Source of the DNA: Squalus acanthias
Taxonomy: Eukaryota
Reading direction: 5' to 3'
DNA: 64,000 bases
Assembly (NCBI GenBank): GCA_030390025.1
Contig: CM059431.1
Span: forward strand, 137,518,001 to 137,582,000
Below are positions 12,263 to 24,300 of the stretch, one piece after another. The first letter of the stretch is position 1; every line of letters starts with the position of its first letter. A program made the position numbers and the translations under genes. A model generated the notes under the pieces. That model saw only the letters and a program-made list of their open reading frames with translations, was not told the origin of the DNA and did not search any database.

Positions 12263-13406
12263 ATGCCCCTTGAGGATGTTGCCCTGATCCTCGGTGCGAT
12301 TTTGCTTCAGAGAATTGGAAACGCCAGGGAACAAGAAAGAAGACTGAGGAACCATAACCGTCTCCAGATCAGGAGAAACTACTACCCACCCCAGAGAGTG
12401 TACAAGGAGAGGCTGTCATTTGAGATGCTGTTGGAGGAGTTGTGTGTGAGGAGGCTGCGCTTCAGTAAAGAGGCAATCGGCCGACTATGTGACATGTTAA
12501 AGGAGGACCTTCAAACACGCTCGAAGACCGTCACTGCCTTGTCAATGAATATGAAGGTAACCACAGCACTGAACTTCTTTGCAAGTGGGTCATATCAGTC
12601 AAGCACCGGTAACATTACCAACATCTCCAAGAATGCTGCGAGGGCCTGCATTCACCAGGTCACAGATGCCATTTTCCGTAGGGCTTCAGAGTTCATTGAC
12701 TTTGACTTGTCCACTCGCCATCAAAAGGAGATGGCCCTTGCATTTTATAGCATTGCTGGATTCCCCAAAGTGATTGGGGCCATTGATGGAACCCATGTTG
12801 CATTGAAGGCACCACTGGGTGCACCTGTGACATACATCAACTGGAAGGGGTTTCATTCATTGAATGTCATGATAGTCTGTGATGCGCAACTCAGGATCCT
12901 AAACGTGAATGCAGAGCACCGGGGAAGTAATCATGACTCCTTCGTCCTCCATAACTCGAACTTATATGGCGCCCTCAGCGCATTGCCTCTAGGATCCGCA
13001 TGGATATTGGGCGACAAGGGCTACCCGCTAAGACCATGGCTGATGACTCCCTACCGCAAGACCAATAATGAGGCTCAGGAGAGATACAACCGGGCACACG
13101 TGTCCACACGGCAAGTGGTGGAGAGGACAATCAGACTTCTGAAATCACGCTTCCGGTGCCTGGACAGGTCAGGGGGGACCTTGCAGTATTCTCCTCAGAA
13201 AGTGGCAAAGATTGTGGTGGCCTGTTGTGCTTTGCATAACTTTGCCCTGCGGGAAGAACCTTAACCCTGCAGAGGAGCTCCCTGCTGAAATGGAGGACGT
13301 GGACAATGCCAATGTGCCTGTGGCCAGGCCTGATGGGGAGGAGCCAAGTGCTGCTGAAAGTAAGGCTGCTCGGGAACTGCTAGTAGCCAACACCTTCACG
13401 AGGTAG
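12263..13406 (+). CDS. Harbinger/PIF DDE transposase (HARBI1-like), probable frameshift near 13260
   Basis: GFPKVIGAIDGTHV, GSNHDSFV, LGDKGYPL, YNRAH..TRQVVERTI..LKSRFRCLD, ACCALHN. The acidic tail continues in another frame to 13406. Confidence 0.92.
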
Positions 13407-14019
13407 TGTCGCCTTGTACCTCCCCCTCCCCCAGCAAGGCAAAGAAAGGAACAGACACAATTTAAAGTGAAACAGTGAACTTTTATTGCAGCATCAAAGA
13501 CTTTTGAGGTTCAGTTTTGATGTACATAGTTTATAACTTTTAAATGTTAACTAGCTATTTTCTACTTTTCAAACATTCGCAAACATAATAGTTTAGAATA
13601 AAATTTGTAAACAGTTTAAAGTGACTTTTTTGGTTTCTTAGCGCAATAAAGACATTCAAGATGGAAACTAGCTATTTTCTAAATTTCAAACAGTTGTAAT
13701 TTTAAATATTTTTGCAAGTAAAAAAAGTTGAACTTTTTTTCAAAGTGATTAGAGGCTGTACTTTTTAAACGAAAAGGTTACATACACTTTCAGTCCCAAA
13801 TATATATTTCAATAAAAAAAGCAACAACAACATTTAACATTTAAATAAAATGAAAAATTAAACAATTGAACGATTTGCCCCCTTGCATCTGTGCCTGAGG
13901 GTCAAAGGAGGTGGATTGTGCAATAGGTGGCACCCTACTGTCTCCTGCGCTTTCCCCCTCCCCGTGACCGGAGCCCTCTGCTGCCAAGTGAAAGGCCCCT
14001 GTGTACAATCTCTGGCCCT

Positions 14020-16180
14020 TCAGCAATTGGCTCCTGACAGGGTTGCTGCTGCTGCTGCTGCAAGGCAACGTTTGCTTGCATCACGACTGGCGGAGCAGCT
14101 GGCTCTTGGGCCCGCACTGTTTCTGCGCTGGGAGCAGGTAAGGGCGGTTCTGCGTTCAAGCAACTGCAAGAGTCGAACGAGAGACTCATTTATTTGATTA
14201 AGCGCCACTGTAACATGATCTTGTTTTTGCAACTGCAATACTATCTGATTAAGTGACATGTTAACATCTTTACCAAGATCATCAATTCCCTGCCTGATGA
14301 AGGCAAGAGAGTCAACTTTCTTCTCAGTAAGAGAACACATCGATTGCCTCAACCCTTCAATCTGTTGCACCTGAGCTTGTAAGTCATTCCGTTCTGTTGA
14401 ATGTCTTTCTGCTTCTCCCACCTGCTCTGCAGTATCAGGCTGGTGTCTGTCTGTGGAACAACAGTCATCTGTGCCTCGCACAGAGCCACAGGGGCCAGGA
14501 GATGGAGAGGTCCTGTGCAGCAACCCAGGGTCCATACCCTCCTCTTCCACTAGCTGACAAAGCACAAATTGCTCCTGCTCCACCACCACCTCACTCACTG
14601 CTCCCACTGTATCAGTAACCCCCTTCCCAATGCCCTCTGCGGCCGCAGACTCAACGCACTGCTCATCCCGTGTGTCAGAGGTCTGCTGTCCACCTGTGGA
14701 AAGGAAACAGTAAACATTTGCAAAGGTAAAGCATGATCTGCCACATCACAGAAGCTGATATTCAACACACACCTAACAGTTTTAAACATATAGCTGGCCA
14801 GAGCAACTCACATTTACGTATCCCAATGTCTGATTCTACACCAGCCAAGGGGCAACCGCTACTAAATCCAAACAGCTGCTCGAGCCTTTCCTCATGTTGG
14901 GATAAATCCCTTAGCGTGACAACAGCACCGCCTGTCAGTGCACGTTCTCTGGCGTTGGGAACAGTTTTACTCCAAAATGAAAACAGAAAATATGAAACGT
15001 CAGCTTTTTCTGCAGATTACACCCACCTGCATTTGAAACATGGACACAGCCTGCTTTGCAGACGTTTTTTTTTTTCACTAATTGAAATTTTACAACTCAA
15101 ACCAGTGGAATCCAGATAAGAGCACAATGGATGACCCTGAACGGGCCCCAAAGCCATAAAATTTTATGGTAAGCTCAGGTCGTCTTCTTCTTAGGTAGTC
15201 CCTCGGAACCGAGGATGACTTGCTTCCACATTAAAAATGAGTTCACAGGTGACTGATGAGTCCAATGTGGGACCTACAGTCTCTGTCACAGGTGGGGCAG
15301 ACGGTGGTTGAAGGGGCGGGTGGGTGGGGTGCTTGGGTTGACGTGCGCTCCTTGCGCTGCCTGTGCTTCGCTTCCGCTTGCTCCCGGCGAAGAGACTCGA
15401 GGTGTTCGGCGCCTTCCCGGATGCTTCTCCTCCACTTTGTGCGGTCTTGGGCCAGGGATTCCCAGGTGTTGGTGGGGATGTTACACTTTTTCAAGGATGC
15501 TTTGAGAGTGTCCTTGAAGCGTTTCCTCTGCCCACCTGGGGCTCTCTTGCCGTGCCGGAGCACGAGTAGAACGCTTGTTTTGGGAGTCTCGTATCGGGCA
15601 TGCGGACAATGTGACCCGTCCATCGGAGCTGATCGAGCGTGGTCAAAGCTTCGATGCTGGGGATGTTGGCCTGAGCAAGAACACTGACATTGGTGCGCCT
15701 ATCCTGCCAATGGATTTGCAGGAACTTGCGGAGGTAGCGTTGGTGGTACCTCTCCAGTGCTTTGAGGTGCCTGCTGTACATGGTCCATGTCTCTGAGGCA
15801 TACAGCAAGCTCAGGTGCCTGGATAAAGAAGTCACTTGACTACACACATGCATTGAATAGCTTTTTAAAACTAGTTCAGTTAAATTTAAAGAAATATTAC
15901 AGTTGACTTTTCTAATAACTGCACGAACCTTGACAGATCGCAATAAATCACTAAATTTCTTGCGGCATTGTTCCGCTGTCCGTGTAATGGTGGAGTTCGC
16001 GCTGACAGCCTGGGCAACTTCTCACCAAGCTGTCATCTGTCCTTTGCGCGGCGCCCTGGACTTCTCATTCCCCATGATCCGCAGGCACTTCGCCTCAACC
16101 TCATTGAGGAGTGTGCTGAGGACATCGTCACTTAAATTCTGAGTTCTCTTATTGATGTGAATTGTGCTCATTCCAGCCAT
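14020..16180 (-). pseudogene. Harbinger Myb/SANT-like DNA-binding partner gene, 3 coding exons (16180-15929, ~14971-14818, 14693-14020)
   Basis: Hand translation. Exon 1: MAGMSTIHINKRTQNLSDDVLSTLLNEVEAKCLRIMG...AW*EVAQAVSANSTITRTAEQCRKKFSDLLRSVK. Exon 2: SKTVPNARERALTGGAVV..LSQHEERLEQLFG. Exon 3 joins ORF 14020-14607 in matching phase. In-frame TGA at 16024-16022, and the exon-2 acceptor reads GG. Confidence 0.85.
15181..15806 (-). mobile_element. 5'-truncated RTE-clade LINE inserted in the Myb-gene intron, 10-bp TSD
   Basis: TSD aagctcaggt at 15171-15180 and 15807-15816. LLYASETWT, QLRWTGHIVRMPDTRLPKQ, GGQRKRFKDTLK and CPTCDRDCRSHIGLISH motifs. (AAG)n-like tail. Confidence 0.92.
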
Positions 16181-16692
16181 TTCACTTTGCTGATTAAATA
16201 AAATGAATGAAAAAAATGCTTTCAGGGCTTTTACAACTCTTTAAATTGCTTCAAATCTCTTTAAAACTATTTAAGATTCTTCCAATCCATGTAAAAGTCT
16301 TTAAAAGTTTCCAAAAGTTAGCAAAAGATTCATAAAAATACAAAGAACCTACTTACCATGCTGTTCTGCATCTACCAAAGCTTTGGATCATCTGAAAAAA
16401 ATTGGGGGCGTGGCCTATGCAAATTCAACTTCTGAGGGCGGGTCTCCCCTACCCTCCGCGCCGGAGGATCCGCGCACGCTGCGCTCCTGGGCGGTGTGAA
16501 ATCAGACACTGCCCGGGAGTCCTCTTCATTAAAACCGAATTCCACGCGAGCCCAGAGCACAACGGTAGGCGCGCTTCTTAAGTGCAGGTCGGGGGCTTGT
16601 GCCCGCGGGAAGCCTCCGACCAGCATTTACCTGGAACCGCAGATTCTCCCTTTCCGTGTGCAGCCTGCCAGTTCTGACTTTGTAAACTCATT

Positions 16693-17445
16693 GGCCCAGA
16701 AATTCGGGTCGGAGGCTTCCCACGGGTGCAAGCATAGCGGGTGCACTTACCTAACGCGCCTGCCGTTGTGTCTGGGCCCGCGTGGGATTCTGATCCTGGG
16801 CCTCCTCCAGCTGCCGGCGCGCAGTGCTCGCGTATCCCAGAGGCGCAGTTAGTTCAAAGCGTCCCCTGGGATCACGTGGGCCATGGGGAGCCAATCGGAG
16901 CAGGGAATCTCCATTCATAGATTTGACGGGAAGACCTGTCAAATCTATGACTAGAGATCGGCCCCAAATCCTCACTAAAACTTCAAATACATTTTTAAAA
17001 AACATCACATTTTTAAAATAACTATAAATGACATAAAATAACTATTTTAAACAATAATTAAAATTTTTGAAAAAATTAATTACACTTTTTAATGGGGCTA
17101 AAAATAAACTTACCTTTCTTTAAAGTATTTAAAAATAATAAACCTGTGGAAAAAATGTTTTAATTTTACTTAATTCACCTCTTACCTTGTTAAAGGCAGG
17201 CCTTGCGCCTGCTTTTTCCCCGCGCAGCTGCTCGGGACTGACCCGCACGGAGAAACCTGTAAAAAAAATCGGAAGTTCCAGGTCTACGCGCTGCCTCTCC
17301 GGCGCCCGCGTTTGACCTGTGAACCCCTTCCCTCAAGGGAACGGAAGTTCCAGTTTCCAGCGCCTGCGCGAAACCGGCACTTTCGTTGGGCCTACGGGTG
17401 AGTACACAGCGCGTACTCACCCGTGGAGACCCGAATTTCTGGCCC
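16693..17445 (-). mobile_element. Harbinger-derived MITE copy B, complete, 3-bp TSD ATT
   Basis: TIRs ggcccagaaattcgggtc (16693) and gacccgaatttctggccc (17445). att at 16690-16692 and 17446-17448. Both ends match the ends of the adjacent autonomous element. Confidence 0.9.
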
Positions 17446-17909
17446 ATTGCCACCATTCAGGAGGCTGTTCCTGGTTTTCTTCCTGCCAATCACAGTTTGG
17501 TAATTGGAGCTGATCCTTGTTATTTGAGATTTGAGCCAATCTCCGCCCTCTGACTGGAAGCTGCTGTTTCAAAATACTAATTGAACCGTTTGATAACTCG
17601 TTTAACTATGAACAAAGTGAGTTAGAAACAATTCTTTATTAAGTATTATTCCAATAAAAGAGACCCAGCTCTGGGAATGAATTGTAACGCCTCGATCTGG
17701 GTCTTTATGAACCGTTCCACGGATTCCCTGCTGTTTGATCTTTCAGACCAACACCTCAGAGCCAGTGTCTGGTGTTTCAGTGCGGAGAGCACGAGCCGCC
17801 TCGAAGAGCCAACACATTAACCATTTAACTGCTGAATGACGGTGTCCTTGAATGGGGAGGAAATGATGTCTCCATGGTCACTTCTCTCATGTGACTGGAT
17901 GGTATTCAG

Positions 17910-18300
17910 TGCCGCTCCCTGTTCACCCATCACCCCTGTGCTCACTGACCTACATTGGCTCCCGGTCCAGCAACGCCTCGATTTTAAAGTTCTCATCCAT
18001 GGCCTCCCTCCTCCCTATCTCGGTAACCACCTCCAGCCCTGCAACCATCCGAGATCTCTGTACTCCTCCAATTCTGGTCTCTTGTACATCCCGATTTCCT
18101 TCATCCCTCCATTGGCCTTCAGCTGCCTGGGCACTAAGCTCTGGAATTCCCTCTCCGCCTCTCTCTCCTCCTTTAAGACTGTCTTTAAAACCTCCCTCTG
18201 TCAACAAGCATTTGTTCACCTGTCCAAATATCTCCTGACGTGACTTGGAGTCAATGATTTTTCAGATTACGCTCGAGACATTTTAATTCATTAAAGGAGC
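17910..18300 (+). mobile_element. L2-clade LINE 3' fragment
   Basis: PITPVLTDLHWLPVQQRLDFK...AFSCLGTKLWNSL...FKT motif typical of L2 ORF2 C-termini. Confidence 0.75.
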
Positions 18301-18351
18301 TACCGAAATTTCTATTTGTGTTCTGAGACAGTGAAACGACAGGGAGCGGAT

Positions 18352-21300
18352 TAGACCGAGACAGAGGGTGGTTCAGTCTGAGAGAGGGGGCGGTTCAGTC
18401 TGAGAGAGGGGACGGTTCAGTCTGAGAGAGGGGGTGGTTCAGTCTGAGAGAGGGGGCGGTTCAGTCTGAGAGAGGGGGGGGTTCAGTCTGAGACAGAGGG
18501 TGGTTCAGTCTGAGAGAGGGGACGGTTCAGTCTGAGAGAGGGGACGGTTCAGTCTGAGAGAGGGGACGGTTCAGTCTGAGAGAGGGGACGGTTCAGTCTG
18601 AGAGAGAGGGGCGGTTCAGTCTGAGAGAGAGGGGGCGGTTCAGTCTGAGAGAGGGGGCGGTTCAGTCTGAGAGAGGGGACGGTTCAGTCTGAGAGAGGGA
18701 ACGGTTCAGTCTGAGAGAGGGGACGGTTCAGTCTGAGAGAGGGGGGTGGTTCAGACTGAGAGAGGGGGGGTTCAGTCTGAGAGGGGACGGTTCAGACTGA
18801 GAGAGGGGGGGTTCAGTCTGAGAGGGGACGGTTCAGTCTGAGAGAGGGGACGGTTCAGTCTGAGAGAGGGGGTGGTTCAGTCTGAGAGAGGGGACGGTTC
18901 AGTCTGAGAGAGGGGGCGGTTCAGTCTGAGAGAGGGGGCGGTTCAGTCTGAGAGAGGGTGGTTCAGTCTGAGAGAGGGGGTGGTTCAGTCTGAGAGAGGG
19001 GACGGTTCAGTCTGAGAGAGGGGACGGTTCAGTCTGAGAGAGGGGGCGGTTCAGTCTGAGAGAGGGGGCGGTTCAGTCTGAGAGAGGGGACGGTTCAGTC
19101 TGAGAGAGGGTGGTTCAGTCTGAGAGAGGGTGGTTCAGACTGAGAGAGGGGACGGTTCAGTCTGTGGCAGGGGGTGGTTCAGTCTGAGACAGAGGGTGGT
19201 TCAGTCTGTGGGAGGGGGTGGTTCAGTCTGAGAGAGGGGGTTCAGTCTGAGAGAGGGGACGGTTCAGTCTGAGAGAGGGGACGGTTCAGACTGAGAGAGG
19301 GGACGGTTCAGTCTGTGGGAGGGGCGGTTCAGTCTGAGAGAGGGGACGGTTCAGACTGAGAGAGGGGACGGTTCAGTCTGTGGGAGGGGGTGGTTCAGTC
19401 TGAGACAGAGGGTGGTTCAGTCTGTGGGAGGGGGTGGTTCAGTCTGAGAGAGGGGGTGGTTCAGTCTGAGAGAGGGCGGTTCAGTCTGAGAGAGGGGACG
19501 GTTCGGACTGAGAGAGGGGACGGTTCAGTCTGAGACAGAGGGTGGTTCAGTCTGAGAGAGGGGACGGTTCAGTCTGAGAGAGGGGACGGTTCAGTCTGAG
19601 AGAGGGAATGGTTCAGTCTGAGAGAGGGGGTGGTTCAGACTGAGAGAGGGGACGGTTCAGTCTGAGAGAGGGGACGGTTCAGTCTGAGAGAGGGGACGGT
19701 TCAGTCTGAGAGAGGGGGTGGTTCAGTCTGAGAGTGGGAATGGTTCAGTCTGAGAGAGGGGGTGGTTCAGACTGAGAGAGGGGGTGGTTCAGACTGAGAG
19801 AGGGGGGTTCAGTCTGAGAGAGGGGGTGGTTCAGTCTGAGAGAGGGAATGGTTCAGTCTGAGAGAGGGGGTGGTTCAGACTGAGAGAGGGGACGGTTCAG
19901 TCTGATAGAGGGGACGGTTCAGTCTGAGAGAGGGGGTGGTTCAGACTGAGAGAGGGGACGGTTCAGTCTGAGAGAGGGGACGGTTCAGTCTGAGAGAGGG
20001 GGTGGTTCAGTCTGAGAGAGGGGACGGTTCAGTCTGAGAGAGGGTGGTTCAGTCTGAGAGAGGGGGCGGTTCAGTCTGAGAGAGGGGGCGGTTCAGTCTG
20101 AGAGAGGGGACGGTTCAGTCTGAGAGAGGGGGCGGTTCAGTCTGAGAGAGGGGGACGGTTCAGTCTGAGAGAGGGGACGGTTCAGTCTGAGAGAGGGGAC
20201 GGTTCAGTCTGAGAGAGGGGACGGTTCAGTCTGAGAGAGGGGACGGTTCAGTCTGAGAGAGGGGACGGTTCAGTCTGAGAGAGGGGACGGTTCAGTCTGA
20301 GAGAGGGGACGGTTCAGTCTGAGAGAGGGGACGGTTCAGTCTGAGAGAGGGTGGTTCAGTCTGAGAGAGGGGACGGTTCAGTCTGAGAGAGGGGACGGTT
20401 CAGTCTGAGAGAGGGGCGGTTCAGTCTGAGAGAGGGGGCGGTTCAGTCTGAGAGAGGGGACGGTTCAGTCTGAGAGAGGGGCCGGTTCAGTCTGAGAGAG
20501 GGGACGGTTCAGTCTGAGAGAGGGGACGGTTCAGTCTGAGAGAGGGGGTGGTTCAGTCTGAGAGAGGGATGGTTCAGTCTGAGAGAGGGGGTGGTTCAGT
20601 CTGAGAGAGGGGACGGTTCAGTCTGAGAGAGGGGACGGTTCAGTCTGAGAGAGGGGCCGGTTCAGTCTGAGAGAGGGGGTGGTTCAGTCTGAGAGAGGGG
20701 ACGGTTCAGTCTGAGAGAGGGGACGGTTCAGTCTGAGAGAGGGGACGGTTCAGTCTGAGAGAGGGGGCGGTTCAGTCTGAGAGAGGGGACGGTTCAGTCT
20801 GAGAGAGGGGGGGGTTCAGTCTGAGAGAGGGGGGGTTCAGTCTGAGAGAGGGGACGGTTCAGTCTGAGAGAGGGGGTGGTTCAGTCTGAGAGAGGGGGTG
20901 GTTCAGTCTGAGAGAGGGGGTGGTTCAGACTGAGACAGGGGACGGTTCAGACTGAGAGAGGGGGGTTCAGTCTGAGAGAGGGGGTGGTTCAGTCTCAGAG
21001 AGGGAATGGTTCAGACTGAGAGAGGGGGTGGTTCAGACTGAGAGCGGGGACGGTTCAGTCTGATAGAGGGGACGGTTCAGTCTGAGAGAGGGGGTGGTTC
21101 AGACTGAGAGAGGGGACGGTTCAGTCTGAGAGAGGGGACGGTTCAGTCTGAGAGAGGTGGTGGTTCAGTCTGAGAGAGGGGACGGTTCAGTCTGAGAGAG
21201 GGTGGTTCAGTCTGAGAGAGGGGGCGGTTCAGTCTGAGAGAGGGGGCGGTTCAGTCTGAGAGAGGGGACGGTTCAGTCTCAGAGAGGGGGCGGTTCAGTC

Positions 21301-24300
21301 TGAGAGAGGGGGACGGTTCAGTCTGAGAGAGGGGACAGTTCAGTCTGAGAGAGGGGGCGGTTCAGTCTGAGAGAGGGGACGGTTCAGTCTGAGAGAGGGG
21401 GTGGGGGTTCAGTCTGAGAGAGGGGGCAGTTCAGTCTGGGAGAGGGGGTGGTGGTTCAGTCTGAGAGAGGGGGTGGTTCAGTCTGAGAGAGGTGGTTCAG
21501 TCTGAGAGAGGGGGCGGTTCAGTCTGAGAGAGGGGACGGTTCAGTCTGAGAGAGGGGGTGGTTCAGTCCGAGACAGAGGGTGGTTCAGTCTGAGAGAGGG
21601 GATGGTTCAGTCTGAGAGAGGGGGCGGTTCAGTCCGAGACAGAGGGTGGTTCAGTCTGAGAGAGGGGGGGTTCAGTCTGAGAGAGGGGGGGTTCAGTCTG
21701 AGAGAGGGGACGGTTCAGTCTGAGAGAGGGGGCGGTTCAGTCTGAGAGAGGGGACGGTTCAGTCTGAGAGAGGGGGCGGTTCAGTCCGAGACAGAGGGTG
21801 GTTCAGTCTGAGAGAGGGGACGGTTCAGTCTGAGAGAGGGGGCGGTTCAGTCTGAGAGAGGGGGCGGTTCAGTCTGAGAGAGGGGATGTTTCAGTCTGAG
21901 AGAGGGGGCGTTTCAGTCCGAGACAGGGTGGTTCAGTCTGAGAGAGGGGGGGGTTCAGTCTGAGAGAGGGGGGGTTCAGTCTGAGAGAGGGGGGGGTTCA
22001 GTCTGAGAGAGGGGGGTTCAGTCTGAGAGAGGGGACGGTTCAGTCTGAGAGAGGGGACGGTTCAATCTGAGAGAGGGGGGGGGTTCAGTCTGAGAGAGGG
22101 GACGGTTCAGTCAGAGAGGGGGGGTTCAGTCTACGAGAGGGCGGTTCAGTCTGAGAGAGGGGGCGGTTCAGTCTGAGAGAGGGGCAGTTCAGTCTGAGAG
22201 AGGGCGCGGTTCAGTCTGAGAGAGGGGGCGGTTCAGTCTGAGAGAGGGGTCGGTTCAGTCTGAGAGAGGGGACGGTTCAGTCTCAGAGAGGGGGCGGTTC
22301 AGTCTGAGAGAGGGGGCGGTTCAGTCTGAGAGGGGGGTTCAGTCTATGAGAGGGCGGTTCAGTCTGAGAGAGGGGGCGATTCAGTCTGAGAGAGGGGCGG
22401 TTCAGTCTGAGAGAGGGCGCGGTTCAGTCTGAGAGAGGGGGCGGTTCAGTCTGAGAGAGGGGTCGGTTCAGTCTGAGAGAGGGGACGGTTCAGTCTGAGA
22501 GAGGGTGCGGTTCAGTCTGAGAGAGGGGGCGGTTCAGTCTGAGAGAGGGGGCGGTTCAGTCTGAGAGAGGGGGCGGTTCAGTCTGAGAGAGGGAGCGGTT
22601 CTGTCTGAGAGAGGGGGCGGTTCAGTCTGAGAGAGGGGGCGGTTCAGTCTGAGAGAGGGGGGGGTTCAGTCAGAGAGAGGGGGCGGTTCAGTCTGAGAGA
22701 GGGGACTGTTCAGTCTGAGAGAGGGGGCGGTTCAGTCTGAGAAAGGCGGCGGTTCAGTTTGAGAGCGGGGACGGTTCAGTCTGAGAGAGGGGGCGGTTCA
22801 GACTGAGAGAGGGGGCGGTTCAGTCTGAGAGAGGGGGCGGTTCACTCTGAGAGAGGGGGTGGTTCAGTCCGAGACAGAGGGTGGTTCAGTCTGAGAGAGG
22901 GGACGGTTCAGTCTGAGAGAGGGGGCGGTTCAGTCCGAGACAGAGGGTGGTTCAGTCTGAGAGAGGGGGGGTTCAGTCTGAGAGAGGCGGTGGTTCAGAC
23001 TGAGAGAGGGGACGGTTCAGTCTGAGAGAGGGGACGGTTCAGTTTGAGAGAGGGGACGGTTCAGTCTGAGAGAGGGGGTGGTTCAGACCTAGAGAGGGGA
23101 CGGTTCAGTCTGAGAGAGGGGACAGTTCAGTCTGAGAGAGGGGACGGTTCAGTCTGAGAGAGGGGGCGGTTCAGTCTGAGAGAGGGGACGGTTCAGTCAT
23201 AGAGAGGGGGGGGTTCAGTCTGAGAGAGGGGGGGTTCAGTCTGAGAGAGGGGACGGTTCAGTCCGAGACAGAGGGTAGTTCAGACTGAGATGGAGTGGTT
23301 CAGTCTGAGAGAGGGGACGGTTCAGTCTGAGAGAGGGGGGGGTTCAGTCTGAGAGAGGGGGGGTTCAGTCTGAGAGAGGGGACGGTTCAGTCTGAGAGAG
23401 GGGGTGGTTCAGTCTGAGAGAGGGGGTGGTTCAGTCTGAGAGAGGGGGTGGTTCAGTCTGAGAGAGGGGACGGTTCAGTCCGAGAGAGGGGTGGTTCAGT
23501 CTGAGAGAGGGGGCGGTTCAGTCTGAGAGAGGGGACGGTTCAGTCTGAGAGAGGGGTGGTTCAGTCTGAGAGAGGGGGTGGTTCAGTCTGAGAGAGGGGA
23601 CGGTTCAGTCTGAGAGAGGGGGGGGGTTCAGTCTGAGAGAGGGGGCGGTTCAGTCTGAGAGAGGGGTGGTTCAGTCTGAGAGAGGGTGGTTCAGTCTGAG
23701 AGAGGGGGCGGTTCAGTCTGAGAGAGGGGACGGTTCAGTCTGAGAGAGGGGGTGGTTCAGTCTGAGAGAGGGTGGTTCAGTCTGAGAGAGGGGACGGTTC
23801 AGTCTGAGAGAGGGGGCGGTTCAGTCTGAGAGAGGGGTGGTTCAGTCTGAGAGAGGGGGGGTTCAGTCTGAGAGAGGGGGGGTTCAGTCTGAGAGAGGGG
23901 ACGGTTCAGTCTGAGAGAGGGGGCGGTTCAGTCTGAGAGAGGGGACGGTTCAGTCTGAGAGAGGGGGCGGTTCAGTCCGAGACAGAGGGTGGTTCAGTCT
24001 GAGAGAGGGGACGGTTCAGTCTGAGAGAGGGGGCGGTTCAGTCTGAGAGAGGGGCGGTTCAGTCTGAGAGAGGGGACGGTTCAGTCTGAGAGAGGGGGCG
24101 GTTCAGTCTGAGAGAGGGGTGGTTCAGTCTGAGAGAGGGGGGGTTCAGTCTGAGAGAGGGGGGGTTCAGTCTGAGAGAGGGGGGGTTCAGTCTGAGAGAG
24201 GGGGGTTCAGTCTGAGAGAGGGGGCGGTTCAGTCTGAGAGAGGGGGCGGTTCAGTCTGAGAGGGGGGGTTCAGTCTGAGAGAGGGCGGTTCAGTCTGAGA

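Larger units (their letters stand above)
11480..16630 (+). mobile_element. PIF/Harbinger DNA transposon, two convergent genes, mildly decayed
   Basis: Left TIR-like ggccctgaaattcc at 11480. Subterminal regions are shared with both MITEs. Nuclease on +, Myb/SANT gene on -. Right TIR is degenerate near 16620. Confidence 0.9.

Noticed and set aside
12263..13406. Domesticated HARBI1 host gene
   Set aside because: Sits within TIR-bearing ends with a partner Myb gene and MITEs, and shows a frameshift and altered conserved residues, so it is a transposon copy.
10970..17190. Single element with ~500-bp terminal inverted repeats
   Set aside because: The inverted repeats resolve into two separate MITEs, and copy B has its own TIR pair and ATT TSD.
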